Positions 44,551 through 57,781 are shown, counted from the first letter of the stretch. The stretch: DNA of 64,000 bases from Amphiscolops sp. MND2022 (GCA_964187785.1 OZ076409.1:2978001-3042000); one strand, 5' to 3'. Numbers and translations are program-made. Notes: generated by a model not told the origin, from the letters alone.

Positions 44551-47129
44551 TACCTTCCTAGCATCATTTGTTCCTCACCTAAAATTTCCAATGTATCACA
44601 AAAATTGGATTCGTTCATTCGGAATTCAAATTGATACATATCGTTTCAGTCCGGCGTCTAAAATTCAGGTATCAAATATCCTAGTTGCGTCAACCATGCG
44701 TCACCTTTCATGAAATCATTTTCATACTTCTTTAAAAATGATGTCAGAATTAAAGTCCGCTTGAGTGCTTGATGTTGAAGCCATGCTAGGCGTCAACAAC
44801 TACTCAATTATCAACTGCGAGGAAATTGGAGAAATATGTATAAAAGAATGACTAGCAAACACAAGGACGCAATTAAAAGGAGAGAAAAAATGTTTAAAAG
44901 GAAGGTTACAAATTGACATTAGGTAGAATAAATGTATGCTAAAAGATCGTTTCCTTATCATTGATATATGTTAATCAGCGCAAATACATTTTATTCAACA
45001 AAACTTCAACACATTTAAAAACTTGTCACGATCAATGCACATTGCATTTTCTGACTACAATCTTAGAGGTCTGGAAAACAGGAAAAACAATGAAGCGACG
45101 TTTTGTTAACGTATTCTTTCAAAAAGTACTGTAGTTTTAATTAGAAAAAGTAAACGAACACTACATCAATTTAAATCTTTAGAGATAGTTTCATGTTTAC
45201 AATACAGCATTCTTATGTTACTTATGATTTTTATGAACTTCACCATTTCCTGTAAAAACTTCTCTTCCATTACTAAATAATTCTTCACCTTGGTAGAGAC
45301 AATTGCAACGTGTCAACGTTGACGGATGGATTATGGCAAGCTCCGAAATCGTTCTGAATCTCTTATTAGTGACGTCACAAAAGTCTTGTTTATTGGCTTG
45401 ATAATATGCCGTTTTAGCTACGACACTATTGGCTAACAGAGTAGCGATTCTGAGTTTTAGTTTCGTTGAATGATGCCTTTTTTGCGTTGTGAATATTTGC
45501 TTAGGTTACATTTTTGTAATTCTAGTATGTTTAACAACAGTTCCAAATCAAATGTTCAAACCAATCGTCCCTTTTTGATTTCGTATTTGTTTCATTGTTT
45601 AGATTGTTATGAAAAAAGTTCAAGAGTCACAGTCGGAATTGTGGTAGCATGAAATCAGCAAATTAACATAGCTGAAGTTCATTAGATTTTCTTAATTGCA
45701 AATATATCATTTCAAGTCTTTCAGTATATCAGTTTGAGCTGTTTTTCCGTCTTAAAGTCTTCACACCTGGAAAGTGTCAGAACGTGTCACTGTCTGGGAA
45801 GTAACATCGTTAAGTTCGTTCTCTTCCCTGAGATAAGGGGTAGATTTTTCACTTTTTCGTTTAAAAGTGGTAATGTGTTCTGTACGAGCTTCAATTAATA
45901 TAGAAAGTTCTCTTATTTGTCGGTTAATTTCATAAAAGTGGCGATCAATCCTTATTTGTTCATGTATTCTTTCTTGATGTTGATGTGCGACTCAACACCA
46001 ATGTCATCACTCAGACAGTTTGAAAATATTGCGGGTTTACATTTCAACTCATCATCAATATACTCATTTGTTCGAGAATCATTTATTGCTCTATATTTTG
46101 CGAAAAGGTAAAAACTGAAATGTTGAATTGAATTATTGCTTTGAGTGAAAAAAGCGAACACCGTTTACAAATTGATCAATGCGGTAAAGTACTAGTCGTT
46201 AGGAGCACTGTCCGGCCTCTACCAGCGTATTTCGACACAATTTGGCCACGAGACTGCTTTGACCAATCATACACTACTATTCAATATGTACGAACGCGCT
46301 ATAATATGGTGCAACCGCGCAAACTTCCAACATGTGGCGTTACACTACATGATTCACGAGTATGTGGTTTATTCGTTATAAGGGCTAAAAACATTGCATG
46401 TGAACTAACAATTGACCTACATTAGACAACTGGGTGTTCCAGTTGCTTTTGATGCTATCATGTAATGATAGAAGCAACTCACATTGCACTAAAGAGTATG
46501 GAATATCTAGTGTTGAAGACCTTCAGTCGTGACAAACTGTTTACTATTATTGCATGTGCTTGAGTGAATGTATTTTTCAATAGCATCATTCGGCGACTGA
46601 CTGTTCAAGTTGTCCAAGTATGCCTACAGCACTAAATGGTTCTATATGGTAAAATTAGGATTACAGGTTCCAGTTGTTGTTTGAATTATTTTTTGACGAC
46701 TGAGGTTATCGATCGTTGTTTTAGTACGTCTACTTTATAATTTCCAGTAAAACAAAAATGAAATGCACTATCATGACAACCGATTGATTCAGTCATTTGT
46801 ATTTTTTTGGAACTACATGTATTCTAATATTCGAGATGAAACTAAATGTTTATCAGTTCTGCACAATGACCTCGTTTCTTCGCCGTCAAATTCATGCAAT
46901 TTTGCATGACAGAAAACTTCTCATCTAATTTTTTTAATTTTTGCATTTTACTGTTTTCCATTACAAGATACCATCGTGCCTGTTTGCAATGCAATTCTTA
47001 TAGAAAATATAGAATAACTTCTAGAAAGAACTGTCGAATGGGCTACTCCTTTTTTCCTTTTCATCTTTGCTTCAGCTTCTCGGCAAAATAGAGAGTTTTC
47101 TAGTTTTCAAAGTCTACTCCTTTGGCCTC

Positions 47130-47662
47130 TTTTTAGTCGGCGCATTTTAGTAGAAAATATGCCCGACTCTTACAGTGGGTAGTTTTTTAGACGCGTAAGG
47201 TCCACTTTTTTGTTCATTTGTTCAACAACGTCAAACCTCAACAACTCGAAACTCAAAAGCGCGTCCAAAACGAAAAGAAAAAACAAAAACGTGTAGAATT
47301 TCGAAATCACACTAAGGATCCCCCCATAGCCCTACTTTTTTTCGGCATTATGCGACTTTTTTAAAAACTTTTTGGATTGCACCAAAGGGTCCCCTTTCAT
47401 TTGTTTCGATATTTTGCAACACAATGGATGTCAAAAAATCCCAAAGAGTCTCCCCTTTTACATTTTTCGGCACTGTGACACTATTCAAAAATCTCATTTT
47501 AAAATTATTTTGGTGAAATTTTTTCAAGTCCCCAAAGGGGCTCCCTTTCAATTTTTTTTCATATTTTGCAACCAGCTGGAGTTCCACAAAGCCCGAAGGG
47601 TCCCACTTTTTACAATTTTGAGCCTTAGATATGGTGGCGACTTTGGCCATTCTCGGCTTGTT
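47130..47662 (+). mobile_element. HINE family 1 copy
   Basis: Same termini and GGGTCCCC internal motifs. Confidence 0.72.
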
Positions 47663-47773
47663 CTCATTAACAACCCAACAATTTACTTCTTGTAGAAAAA
47701 CTCTCGAATAGGGAATAGAGAATAGTTCTTTCTAAGTTGCCCAGTAGAGAGAGGACATGGTGCATTGACTAAC

Positions 47774-47958
47774 TTGGCGTCCATTTTGAACCAGGTGACG
47801 TCACTGTGGTTGAGGGCGTAGAGCACCCTCTGGAAGGCGAGAGAGCTGTCCCCGTCCAGGGCAGTCACTTGCAACACGACAGTTCCCAGGGGCACCGACT
47901 CCACCACAGAGGCCGAGTAGGCGGCTCGTGTGAATCCAGGGGCCACGTCATTCACGTC
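47774..47958 (-). CDS. Cadherin exon H (DVNDVAPGF...WFKMDA)
   Basis: catttag acceptor, gttagt donor, 185 bp, ends phase 2. Confidence 0.92.
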
Positions 47959-48603
47959 CTAAATGGTGGGATGGTTGTACAAAAATTAACCGTTTACGAC
48001 GGAAAGAGTTTGAACATGCCTATAAACGTTTTTTTCCACAAAAGCTACCTGAAACCATCAGAAAACACTGCGAGATCTTGTAAATCTTGAACTTTTAGGT
48101 AATCTAACTTTTTCAACCTGTCATTTTCGATAAAAACACTTCAGCCAAGAACAAAAAATTCAGGCAATTCAAGAATTTATGCGAAATCATTCTCAGAAAA
48201 TATCAGCTAGTATCAAAATCAAAACCATATCAGGTAGTATGATAACCTTCGAAGCAGTTTTTACAGAACGTCATGAAAGTAGCGTGTTCAGTAACGCAGT
48301 TGCGAAAAATATTGGTAAACACCCACCCCCTGATTTTTTTTCGCTTTTTTGAAGGATATTTTCAAATTTTTTTCAAACTAGGAAGATGTGTAAAAAGTAA
48401 AATCTTTTTCCATTACAAGATGTTATTCTTTAGTGGAATAATGAAACATTCGATTGAATGAAACTTTTCATTCTAATTGATTAAAAATATAAAAGGTGAT
48501 TAAATAAACTTTTTGATTATCATTTATATGTTCGATTTCACTGTTTTTTGTGCCCCAAAACAAAAAGCGGCTGGCTTCCTAATCAATAATACGTTACTTG
48601 ATA

Positions 48604-49673
48604 GCCCGGGTTGACCCTCTTACTAGCATCTTGGCTGTCTTGGCAAGATCTTGCCAAATTCTTACTACATCTTGGCAACCATGGATCCCATGGCATGATT
48701 CTTATTAAGATCTTACTAAGATAATACTTATTCCAAGATCGTATCTTATCACAATGGACAAAAATTTAAGACTATAAAAAAACACTATACCTTCGGAACA
48801 AGCAGCCGAGACTCAATCTAAAGGCTCATTTCACCCAACAACGACTATTTCTACTCGTTTTCATAATCAAAATGCTTAAACCTGCTGAAACAATTTTGCA
48901 TGCAAAAATGCGTGAAAAATTACGATAATGTAGTCTGGCTTCCAAAATTTTGACGAGAATCCTAATAACTGTTTAGGACTGAGAAATGCGAATGTACCAA
49001 ATGAAAGGCAATTTCAAGGGCTTTTCAAAACTTGTAATTTATCACTCCTGTCGATTCCAGGGACGGAGAAATATGCTCTCAAACGTCCAAACCCACTATC
49101 GGAAAGTTACAAAGGAAAGACCTTAAAATCCTGAAATTTTTGTAGAAAATCATATTTCCAGCTTTCTTTGAGCCTGTTTCAGCAGCCTTATTACTGCTAG
49201 AAACGGCGGTCATTGCTCTAATTTGGGTAATGATTCAGCTCAAGGCTTTTCTGACGCCGTTGTTGGCGACAGTTTTGCAAGTGGAAGAACGATATCGAAA
49301 TAGTTGTAAAAATCATTCAGTAATTTTGTTTTGAGTGATGTCTAGATTATTTTTCCATAACTCTTAAATAAATTGTTTTCTGATTCTACTTTTTCTCGAT
49401 ATCGAGCAGTTCGTAGCAATTTTGTTCTTGCCATATTCGGCTTCTTAGTTAGATTTTTCTTGCCATATTGGGCTTCTTAGTAAGATTTTTCTTGCCATAT
49501 TGGGCTTCTTAGTAAGATTTTTCTTGGAAACATGGCTCTCTTGATAAGATCTTACCATGGCATCTTGCAATTCTTGGCAATATCTTGTCACGATCTTAGC
49601 TAAGATTTTTCCAAGATCTTGGCAAGATCTTGCCAAGATCTTACTAAGATATCCATGGAGGGTCGACACGGGC
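48604..49673. mobile_element. MITE-like element (about 1.07 kb) with subterminal AAGATCTT/CCATGG palindromic repeats
   Basis: TIR GCCCGGGTTGACCCTC vs GCCCGTGTCGACCCTC (14/16); no clear TSD. Confidence 0.68.
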
Positions 49674-50838
49674 ATGCTCTAGCCAATTTGTATTTTTTTC
49701 CAAATCTCTCTGTTTCAATGTTTTTTTAGAAAAAGAGCTTTATTTAAAATTCTCACTTGGTCAGTATCGAGAGCTTCGACTTGAAAAACGTGCGACCCAG
49801 GTTTCAGATCCCAGTGAACGATGAACTTTTTTTGTTAATATTGACTTCCATGATTCTTAGGAAGCACGCATCACGTCCACTGGTTTGAATTTTGAAAAAT
49901 TATTTTTCAAGATCAGATTTTTAATCTAATCAAATTTTTAATCTTTTTTTTAGTTTTTGGAAAGGCTCTCAAAGCAAACGATCCCAATAATGGTAACTAA
50001 GAGCCAACTAATTGAAATAGGAAGAATTGAGATAAAAGTATTAAAAGATGCAGATGAAGACAAACATGCATGCATGAATGAAGGTCATGATTTGTTTTCA
50101 TGCATACATGCATGCATGTCCAATCTACCTGTCAAATTCATACATGTTTTCCGAAATGGGCTCTTTTCTGTTTAACCCCCCCCCCCTCACCAGCAAAATT
50201 TTTGAAAATAACTTCACTTAAAAACTTTAGACTAACCCTATTAAAAGTAAAACATTCTTACATAACAGGAAGTTAACGTCTATTAGAGTAGTTTTCCGCT
50301 TGAACAAGACATTGTTCACACATTTTGACTATGATTATGTTCGTATTGAGTGTTTATTGATGACTCAAAACAGGAAGCTGTTTATTTCTTCATCAAAAAC
50401 GCGTAAATACATAGAGAAAAAGTGTGAACAAAGTTTCCTAAACTATCACCCAGGGAATAAATTTAAAACTGAAGCTTTCTGGTTTGTATTCAAGTCTACT
50501 TGTTGTGAGAGTTTCTTTAATTTTCCAAAAAAAATTGTGGTTGGGGGGGGACATAAAAGAGCCCCGAAATATTTTTTTAATGACTAACTTGACCATTAAA
50601 GTCGTTGTTTCATGTTCTCCAACTAACTGGCACAACTTCTTTGGAAGCATCCGGACTTTCTGCTCCTCGAACATAACTGGTATTCAAGTCCAGTTCGGGT
50701 CAATTTCGTCATGGATTGAATTCGCATTTTTCAACTCTCAATTCGATAATCATGATCAGACTACTTATGAATGCTACTGATGTAATACTTATGTAATAGG
50801 GACGACGAACATGCTTGCATGCTTGACATGCTTTGCGT

Positions 50839-51678
50839 GATCGAGCTATTATGTAATACTAAAATAATATTGACATTGTTTAGAACTTTGACTACAGTTA
50901 AAGTATCCTAAACAATGTCAATATTATTTTAGTATTACAGAATAGTTCGATCCCATTCAAATCTATGTAGTTTTTCAAGTTATTTTTGTTAACAGCTGCA
51001 TTAGCAGAACGGTTATATGAACAGCCTTGTGGATAATTCTTGTCCTCTCTTTTCAACATTGCATGTTCATTTCAATTTGGTGGTACCAGGTAAAGCTTAA
51101 TTGGTTTTGAAAGTTTGTTTCATGAAACTGAAACTTCGCGTTATAGTCAACCTTAACAAAACGTTTTACTGCAGTATTCTGCATTTTGTCTCCTATGACA
51201 TGGGTTTCAAATATACATCCATAGAAATGCGGAAAGTCAATATTGAAAATTTCATGGAAAATTGTCTCCCAAAAGATAATGCGAGTGAACTGCAATTGAA
51301 TATACGAACAGTAGAGCGAATACTGAAAACATACCGAGAAGCATGGCAAATGAGCGCCAAGAAAAACAGTGTGCGCCCTCCAATGTCGACGGAAAAATCT
51401 AGGTCTACTTTACGGAGTCTTGCAGTTGTGTGTCCACAAATGACCTCCAAACAGCGAAAGCAAACTGGAGTGATGGCCACAAATACACTGATTCTCAAAT
51501 TAGAAGAAAATTATGCAAATATTTGCAATTACTCATCGAATAAAAGTAACGTTTTTAACATGACATTGATTCAAAAAACCAAAACAAGACAAGAATTATC
51601 CACAAGGGTTTATAGCCGTTCTGCTAATGCAACTATTAACAAAAATAACTTGGAAACTACATAGATTTTAATGGGATC
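50839..51678 (+). mobile_element. Internally deleted Tc1/mariner-like element in rearranged (permuted) form
   Basis: Long TIR halves; CAGT terminus at 50895; residual transposase HTH (ASELQLNIRTVERILKTY..VRP..RSTLRSLAVVCPQMT) in ORF 51101..51664. Confidence 0.7.
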
Positions 51679-51961
51679 CCATCTTACCAAAGTTCTGGAA
51701 TGAAACGGCCTTGTTTTGTTTTCGTATTCGTTTTTCGACGTGTAAATCATAAATTTACATTCTTTGACTAATTATTCTCTGTTTGAAAGTGATGGGATAT
51801 AAAAGTTTCAATGTTTCATTCCAGAGTAAACATGATGATGGAAATACGCTCAAGACAGTGTACCTTACAAACTACAAACTGATACTGGATAACTAGAATG
51901 TGGATAGGAGTTTTTTGAGATGTTTGGTAATTTGATTTGTTCATCAGAATTCTCATTCAAC

Positions 51962-52039
51962 CTGAATGCTCAGTCGAACTGTGGTTTCGCCATTTGAGAT
52001 GACCTCATTGGAATAAGGTGATACATTTTCAGCTGTGGC
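51962..52039 (-). CDS. Cadherin exon G (ATAENVSPYSNEVISNGETTVRLSIQ)
   Basis: tttacag acceptor, weak gttgaa donor, 78 bp; bridges ITFK to DVND in frame. Confidence 0.78.
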
Positions 52040-53024
52040 CTGTAAACACGAAACGGTCTTTTGTGCGCGTGATAAAATCTACTTTCATGGGAGAACAACA
52101 CAAAAACATCTTTTCCCCTTTATTACAAGTAGAGTGAAACATTAATTCAATTATTTAGGTTCAGTGGATGATTTTCATTTTCAATTTTGTCCTAAGGAAT
52201 TGGCAAATTGAATTGATTTGATTAGCATTGGGAATTTTTTCGTTTTTCGAAACTTGATCGTCATTCAATTATCTCCATCAACATGCAGAACGATGTTACT
52301 TCTGTCCTTGATTCATTTAATCCCGCGTTAGTGTTCCCGTGAGCTCATATCTTTGGTCATAGCGATCATCATATGCTCTTGGGCCGGTAAAGTCGGGCAT
52401 CAGGTGTACAGAAGCGGCTGGATCTTAGAAGTTTTCAGTGGACACGAGTTCCGATTTTTTAAAGATTTTCGATTTTCTTTTTCTCACTTACGTTGTTTGG
52501 GATTGTTTTCGTATACTACTAACTCGGGAGAACAAAACATTAGACCAGTATAACTCAATTGGACTCATGAACTGTCTTCTTTCAAACCGGAAATTTGCAA
52601 TTTGAACAAAAATTCCTGATTCCTCACTTGAAAAAAATCCTTACATGAGTTTTTGTCTTGACCTACTCAAATGTTTGCTCGCCTCAAGCTACGATGGTAG
52701 TAGACGAAGGTTGAGTTTCAAGAAATAAAGCTGCCTTTATAAATTCGGTCCCGTGGCTTTCAGATATCGACTTAAGTTTTTCTAACGTGAACTTTCTCTT
52801 TCAAGAAACTAGGACTATGAAAAACAATGAAATATATGAAAATATGACTTTAGGAAAGCAGACAAACATTATGCTTGATTGTTTTGAGGTTTCGATTAGG
52901 CAGATTTTTACCTCTGAAAGTCTCTTTTGTTGAATTTATATTCTGTAAGTTGTTCGTTGTTTTGTTTGAAACATTCAATAAATTAATTAAGTCATTACAA
53001 ATAACATTATCAAAAGTAACTAAC

Positions 53025-53189
53025 TTTGAATGTGATTGTTTCAATTTGTTCTCTGTCGAAGGGTTCTACGATATCAACTTCTCCGCTCTGAGAGTTCATC
53101 GAAAGATGATTGGTCAGAAAATTGTTTTCGTCATCCAATAGCAGCGCGTAAACAATAGCAGCGTTGTCTCCTTCGTCTGAATCGAGGGC
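53025..53189 (-). CDS. Cadherin exon F (ALDSDEGDNAAIVY...FDREQIETITFK)
   Basis: tttttcag acceptor, gttagt donor, 165 bp. Confidence 0.92.
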
Positions 53190-53620
53190 CTGAAAAACGA
53201 ACCGAAAATAAAAATGGTGCGAAAGACAATTTTGGATTCTATCTAAGACAATATTGAGGAGATTGGGATTCCCTTTTGGATGTCTCTGCAAACTCTTGGT
53301 TTTTTATTCGAGACCTGAAGCTTCGTTTATTTCTCGCAGTTCATAGTGTGCGAAGCCATGGTACCCTTGCCATGATCCATAGCAAGTTACTAGCAAGCCT
53401 TGCCGAGATCATTGAAAGATCTTGACAAGGATTGCATGGTCATGCGAGATCGTGATGCCATGTAGCCATGATGAAACCATGATCTTGGCAAGGAATCTAT
53501 GGTACCATTCGCAAAACTTTGGGGTAATTCAGAGCTCTTATTTAGTTAACTGAAAATTTTGTTCGCTAGTTTTTGAAAAAAGTTTCTGTCTTGTGAACTG
53601 TTTGAAGTTTATAACTTTAC

Positions 53621-53776
53621 CGTCAATTTGAAAGCGTTCTGAGCCACGTAGTTCTCTGGAAAACTGAAGGAATATTCGGCGCGGCTGAAAACTGGAGGGT
53701 TGTCGTTCAAATCGGTGACTGCTATCTCCACTTCCACGATAGAAACAGTCGGAGTTGTCGGGGATTGATCCCGCGC
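53621..53776 (-). CDS. Cadherin exon E (ARDQSPTT...DLNDNPPVF...NAFKLT)
   Basis: tgaag acceptor, gtaaag donor, 156 bp, phase 0/0. Confidence 0.92.
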
Positions 53777-53781
53777 CTTCA

Positions 53782-55438
53782 GAACGGAATTATTTGACGA
53801 AAGAAAACACCACTTACTACGAAATCCAATTACTACTTTTCCATGTAATCAAAAGAATATTATTATTATTATCATTATATGAATATTATGATATTTTATT
53901 GAAATTGAATTTTCTATTGATCTAGAAAAATGGCAATAAGGTTCAGAACCGGGATAATTTCCACCCTGGAAGAAATCTGCAATATCAACTATTTTTTCTC
54001 CCGAGCGTAGCTTATGCCAACGAAAAGAATGAAATTTTGCTCAAAAAGTTCAAAAAGATGAGAAATTTACATTTTAAGGCTCGTTTTTTTTGGAAAGCCT
54101 CAGATTTCTTCCATTTAAAAAAGTGTAAAGGAGCTAATTGTTTTGTTGTCAAACTCTGGTGGTTTTCAGTCCCATGATTTCTGTACAAAACGTGCAAAAA
54201 AATTCCGAAAGTTTGTGCAAAAATTACTATTCTTTCAAACTTTTGGTATGCTTTCATTATTCGAATAAGATCAACAATCGTCATATTCACGTATACAACC
54301 AACTTTGTTTCTGCTGCGAGAAAGTAACATTCTTTTGTGAAATTAATAGCTCACAAGTTTTTGAAAAAAAATCCAGCTGAGAGATTAAATTTTCTTTCCG
54401 AAATGGAAAAGGGCTTGAAAGAAAAATCGATTCATTTTCAATCGGCATTTTCATTCAGTGATATGTAACAGCAAGCTCTGGTACAGCAATATCAACCGAT
54501 TTTGCAACTTTGACATGTTCAGAAATTTTGTCAAAAATTCTAATCCGATGTGTGACGTGGCACTGAGCATGTGATTGCTCTTTTCGCTGTTTCCACGAAA
54601 TTGGCAGGTACTTCGACAACAAAGAGCAAGAACGAGCAAAAATACGGGCGCGCCGCCATGACAGAAGCCAGAGACGGCAAGAACGACCGAAAATAGACTC
54701 TTTTTGAGGTGCTAACACCGGTTTTATCGATTTTCAGCATTATGCTACCCTATGTAGCGGAAACCGTAAAAATGAGTCTTTTCGCCTAAAGATCCTTGTT
54801 TGGTGCTTGGAGCCCCTGCGCCCCAGCTTTTTAGCTGTGTGGTTTGCCATATTCGTGCCTGTTTTCATGTATTTTCAGTGATTTTGGCTGTATTCAGTAG
54901 CGCTAGCGCTAGTTTAGATCTTATTCCCCAATTTTAGATCTTATTCACATGTCACCCTGGAACTGGAAATTTACCTAATTCTTGGCATTGTTTTTATATG
55001 CTAGTTAAGCGGTGGTCTTTAGAGAGTCAGAAAGATGCCCGTTACTATTAGCAATCAAAGACTAGGACCGGTTGGACAGTATTCGTCGAAGCACCCGCGG
55101 CCCCGGGACGTATTTCACCCCTGGAGGCAAAATGGATCTGTGGCGATGGGCGCCTGTCCCGAGCGATTCACCCATTCCTGCAGGTTCCTCCACCTCTGTT
55201 AACGTGTTAAGCGACCGATAACTGCTTGCCGTTACAATATTTATGCGTTTCGAATATTCATGTTGAATCTTCTGATAATTTTTAATGAACATTTTCGGCC
55301 TAATTAGGACTTCGCGTTTCTAAATGGAACAAAAAATGCCGTTATTTAGCATTACAATTACAAATCGTGAAATTAGGTGCAATTCGGAAAATAAAAATAT
55401 AAAAATTAAATTTTGGAAAAATTTCGATAATTCCGTTC
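53782..55438. mobile_element. TIR-bounded insertion that makes up a cadherin intron (introner-like)
   Basis: 12-bp perfect TIR GAACGGAATTAT; 5-bp direct repeat CTTCA at 53777-53781 and 55439-55443. Confidence 0.7.
54464..55236 (+). mobile_element. Solo LTR of a more distant element-1 relative
   Basis: TGTAACAGCAAGC...GCTTGCCGTTACA termini. Shares TGACGTGGCACT, AGCGCTAGCGCT, AAGATGCCCGTTACT and AGACTAGGACC in the same order as the element-1 LTR. Flanks ATA/ATA. Confidence 0.8.
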
Positions 55439-55817
55439 CTTCACAAACAAAGTGAATTTCTGGTTAAATTCTCTGTCCAAAATTTGCGAAGTTGAAATTT
55501 CTCCAGTCTCGGAATTGATTGAAAAGCTAGTCGTGGAACCGACGAACGAATACAAAACTTCCCCGTTAAGCCCGATGTCCGAGTCGACAGCCGAGACAGA
55601 GCCAACTGCGATTCCGATTGGCTGACCTTCGCTGACTGAAAAGCTGTAATTTGATTGGTCGAACACTGGTTCGTGATCGTTTTGGTCGAGAACTGTAATC
55701 GTTACAGCAGCCGAAGCATCAAAGTTGTCGGATCCGTCATCGCTGACGTAAATTTTGAACGAGTATGAGTCTTTCGATTCTCGGTCTAGCGCATTCTTCA
55801 CTAGAATTGACGCTTCA
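55439..55817 (-). CDS. Cadherin exon D (EASILVKNALDRESKD...LDREFNQKFTLFVK)
   Basis: tttcag acceptor; LDRE and DQNDHEPVF motifs. The 3' boundary is inferred from the cadherin consensus (GA donor at 55438); an alternative GT donor lies 6 nt upstream. Confidence 0.9.
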
Positions 55818-57070
55818 CTGAAATATCAAGAAAATGAGCAAACTTCTATTTTTTCTTGTTAGCTAGCATTTTTGCAAAAACAACTTTTTATGTCGAAATA
55901 TCTTATAAGAACCACTTATATCTTATATACCACTTATAATCAGCAGTGAGACTTTGTAAAAGGGAGCTTCAAATTTGGGACCACAGATGATCCTTAGATG
56001 GTCATGCTACGACAAAGATGAAAATCAAAAAATATTCATTGCCCATACAATGATCAGTCTGGAATCGTATATGCCCCAGATTTGCTTTCACTTAAGCAAA
56101 GTCATTCATTGAAAAAGCGCCGTCAATTTTCTAATCGAAGATAGAACCATCCAAATTTTGTATCCAAACATAGATTGTATCCAAATAATATCATTGCCGT
56201 TCAAACGTACATGTGCTTTAGGCGTGTATGTATGCTTCGGAACTAGGAGATGTCAAAAACTTCTAACGGTTGAATTGTTGATAACTTTGATTGCAGAAAT
56301 AGACCGATTACTTTAGAAGTGCTAAGAAAATTCATAATTTTCCACCTTAAGTCCCATTTTATGTTGATATGCCATTTATGGAACCAAACGGAGTGTAGAC
56401 TGAACTATATTCATAAACGTGGATGCCCAGTATACGATCGCTCAGTCTGTTTAGTGTCAACAAGTTTGAACACTTTAGGATTCAGACTCATACTAAATTT
56501 AAAACGGCAGACAATGTTTAGCCTGTTTTTAGTTTGCCTTTTTTGTCAGACCACAGTCCAGAACGGTCCACTTTTTACAGACATTTCACCTGAAGCTAAA
56601 AAGTCCACAAGGAAGCTAAATGTACTCCCTTTGAAATTTCTATAGTAGGTATCGTATCCTCCAAATATAGTACCCAGTGTTCCCCCCTAAGGTTTTTTTC
56701 GGCACTCTGGGACATTTTTTTAACTTTTCCATTTTCAACTGAAGTGCTCTTTTCAAGTTTTTTCATTTAGGGTAATCCGTTTCAAGAGCGAAAAGGTTCC
56801 CCACTTCTAGTTATTTTTTTTGAAATGTGCTACTTGTTTTTAAAAAATCAAAAATAAATTCGCCAATTTTTTGTACCTGTTTTCAGTTAAGGAAAAGCGT
56901 TTTCGGAGCACGAACAGCTCTATTTGTGTATTTTCGGCACTCTTATATATGTGTCATTTTTCGTTAAAAAAACCTCTGAGCATTAAAAAAACTTTGCACC
57001 GTTTAGCCCTGAGCGTGGCACTTACTACAGAGGTTTTGGTCTTGTTAAATGGTGATAAAACCAAACTTAC

Positions 57071-57162
57071 TTGTCAGCCATTTGCAGAGTGAAAGAGGCT
57101 GCATCGGGATCTTGCTCAGGGTCCATGGCGTAAAACAGGTCGTCACCATCTCCGTCATACGC
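57071..57162 (-). CDS. Cadherin exon C (AYDGDGDDLFYAM...FTLQMAD)
   Basis: ttttcag acceptor, gtaagt donor, 92 bp, phase 0 to 2. Confidence 0.88.
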
Positions 57163-57781
57163 CTGAAAAGAATCAAATAAAATGGGGAAAAACTAGATCC
57201 GAACTTACAATGTTTTCATGAAATTTCAACGAACCACTGTCTGTTGTAAATGGACTCATATTTATTTTGTGCAATCCAAAATTTTGTAATTATAATATAA
57301 TAACTTTATCAAAAAACAGAATCAATTTCAAAACTCTGGTTCTCGAAATTTTTTCCAGAACAGCATCGTTACACTTTATTTAAATTGGGACGCCTAGGTT
57401 CCAAACTTTCAATTTACTACATCGTTCAGTGAAAAAACGGTTTTCCCAAAAACCAATGACGCTGTGTCTCAAGTATATTATCCCTTCACTGGGAGGACCC
57501 ATAACAATGTTGGAAACCATTTTTTAAGGAAAACATTTTTTACGTTTCGCGTCGATCACTGCTCTATGATATATGATATATATGACTCTATCGAGACATC
57601 TATCCGATTGTTTCGATTAAGCTCAAATTTTAAACAAATGAAAGTGAAATGACACCAAAAAAGTTTGCCTTGAGGACCATTCGCGTCTTTGTCAAATACT
57701 TTTGCTGAACAATCAAGTTTTACGATACATAAATGTAAACATCAATACAGTGTTAGGTTGAAGCCATTTTGTTTTTGTGAT

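Noticed and set aside
45700..46700. Possible decayed coding sequence on the minus strand
   Set aside because: Only short ORFs with no recognisable motifs.
49757..49825. Minus-strand FIVHWDLKPGSHVFQVEALDTDQ followed by gtgaga, resembling a cadherin AxDxD segment or a kinase HRDLKP loop
   Set aside because: Exons G and H join without it, there is an in-frame stop just upstream, and no other kinase motifs are nearby; too short to call.
47959..51961. Possible end-pairing in the GTTGAA-donor intron (TGAACAAA vs TGTACAAA about 17 nt inside each end)
   Set aside because: Too short and AT-rich to separate from chance.
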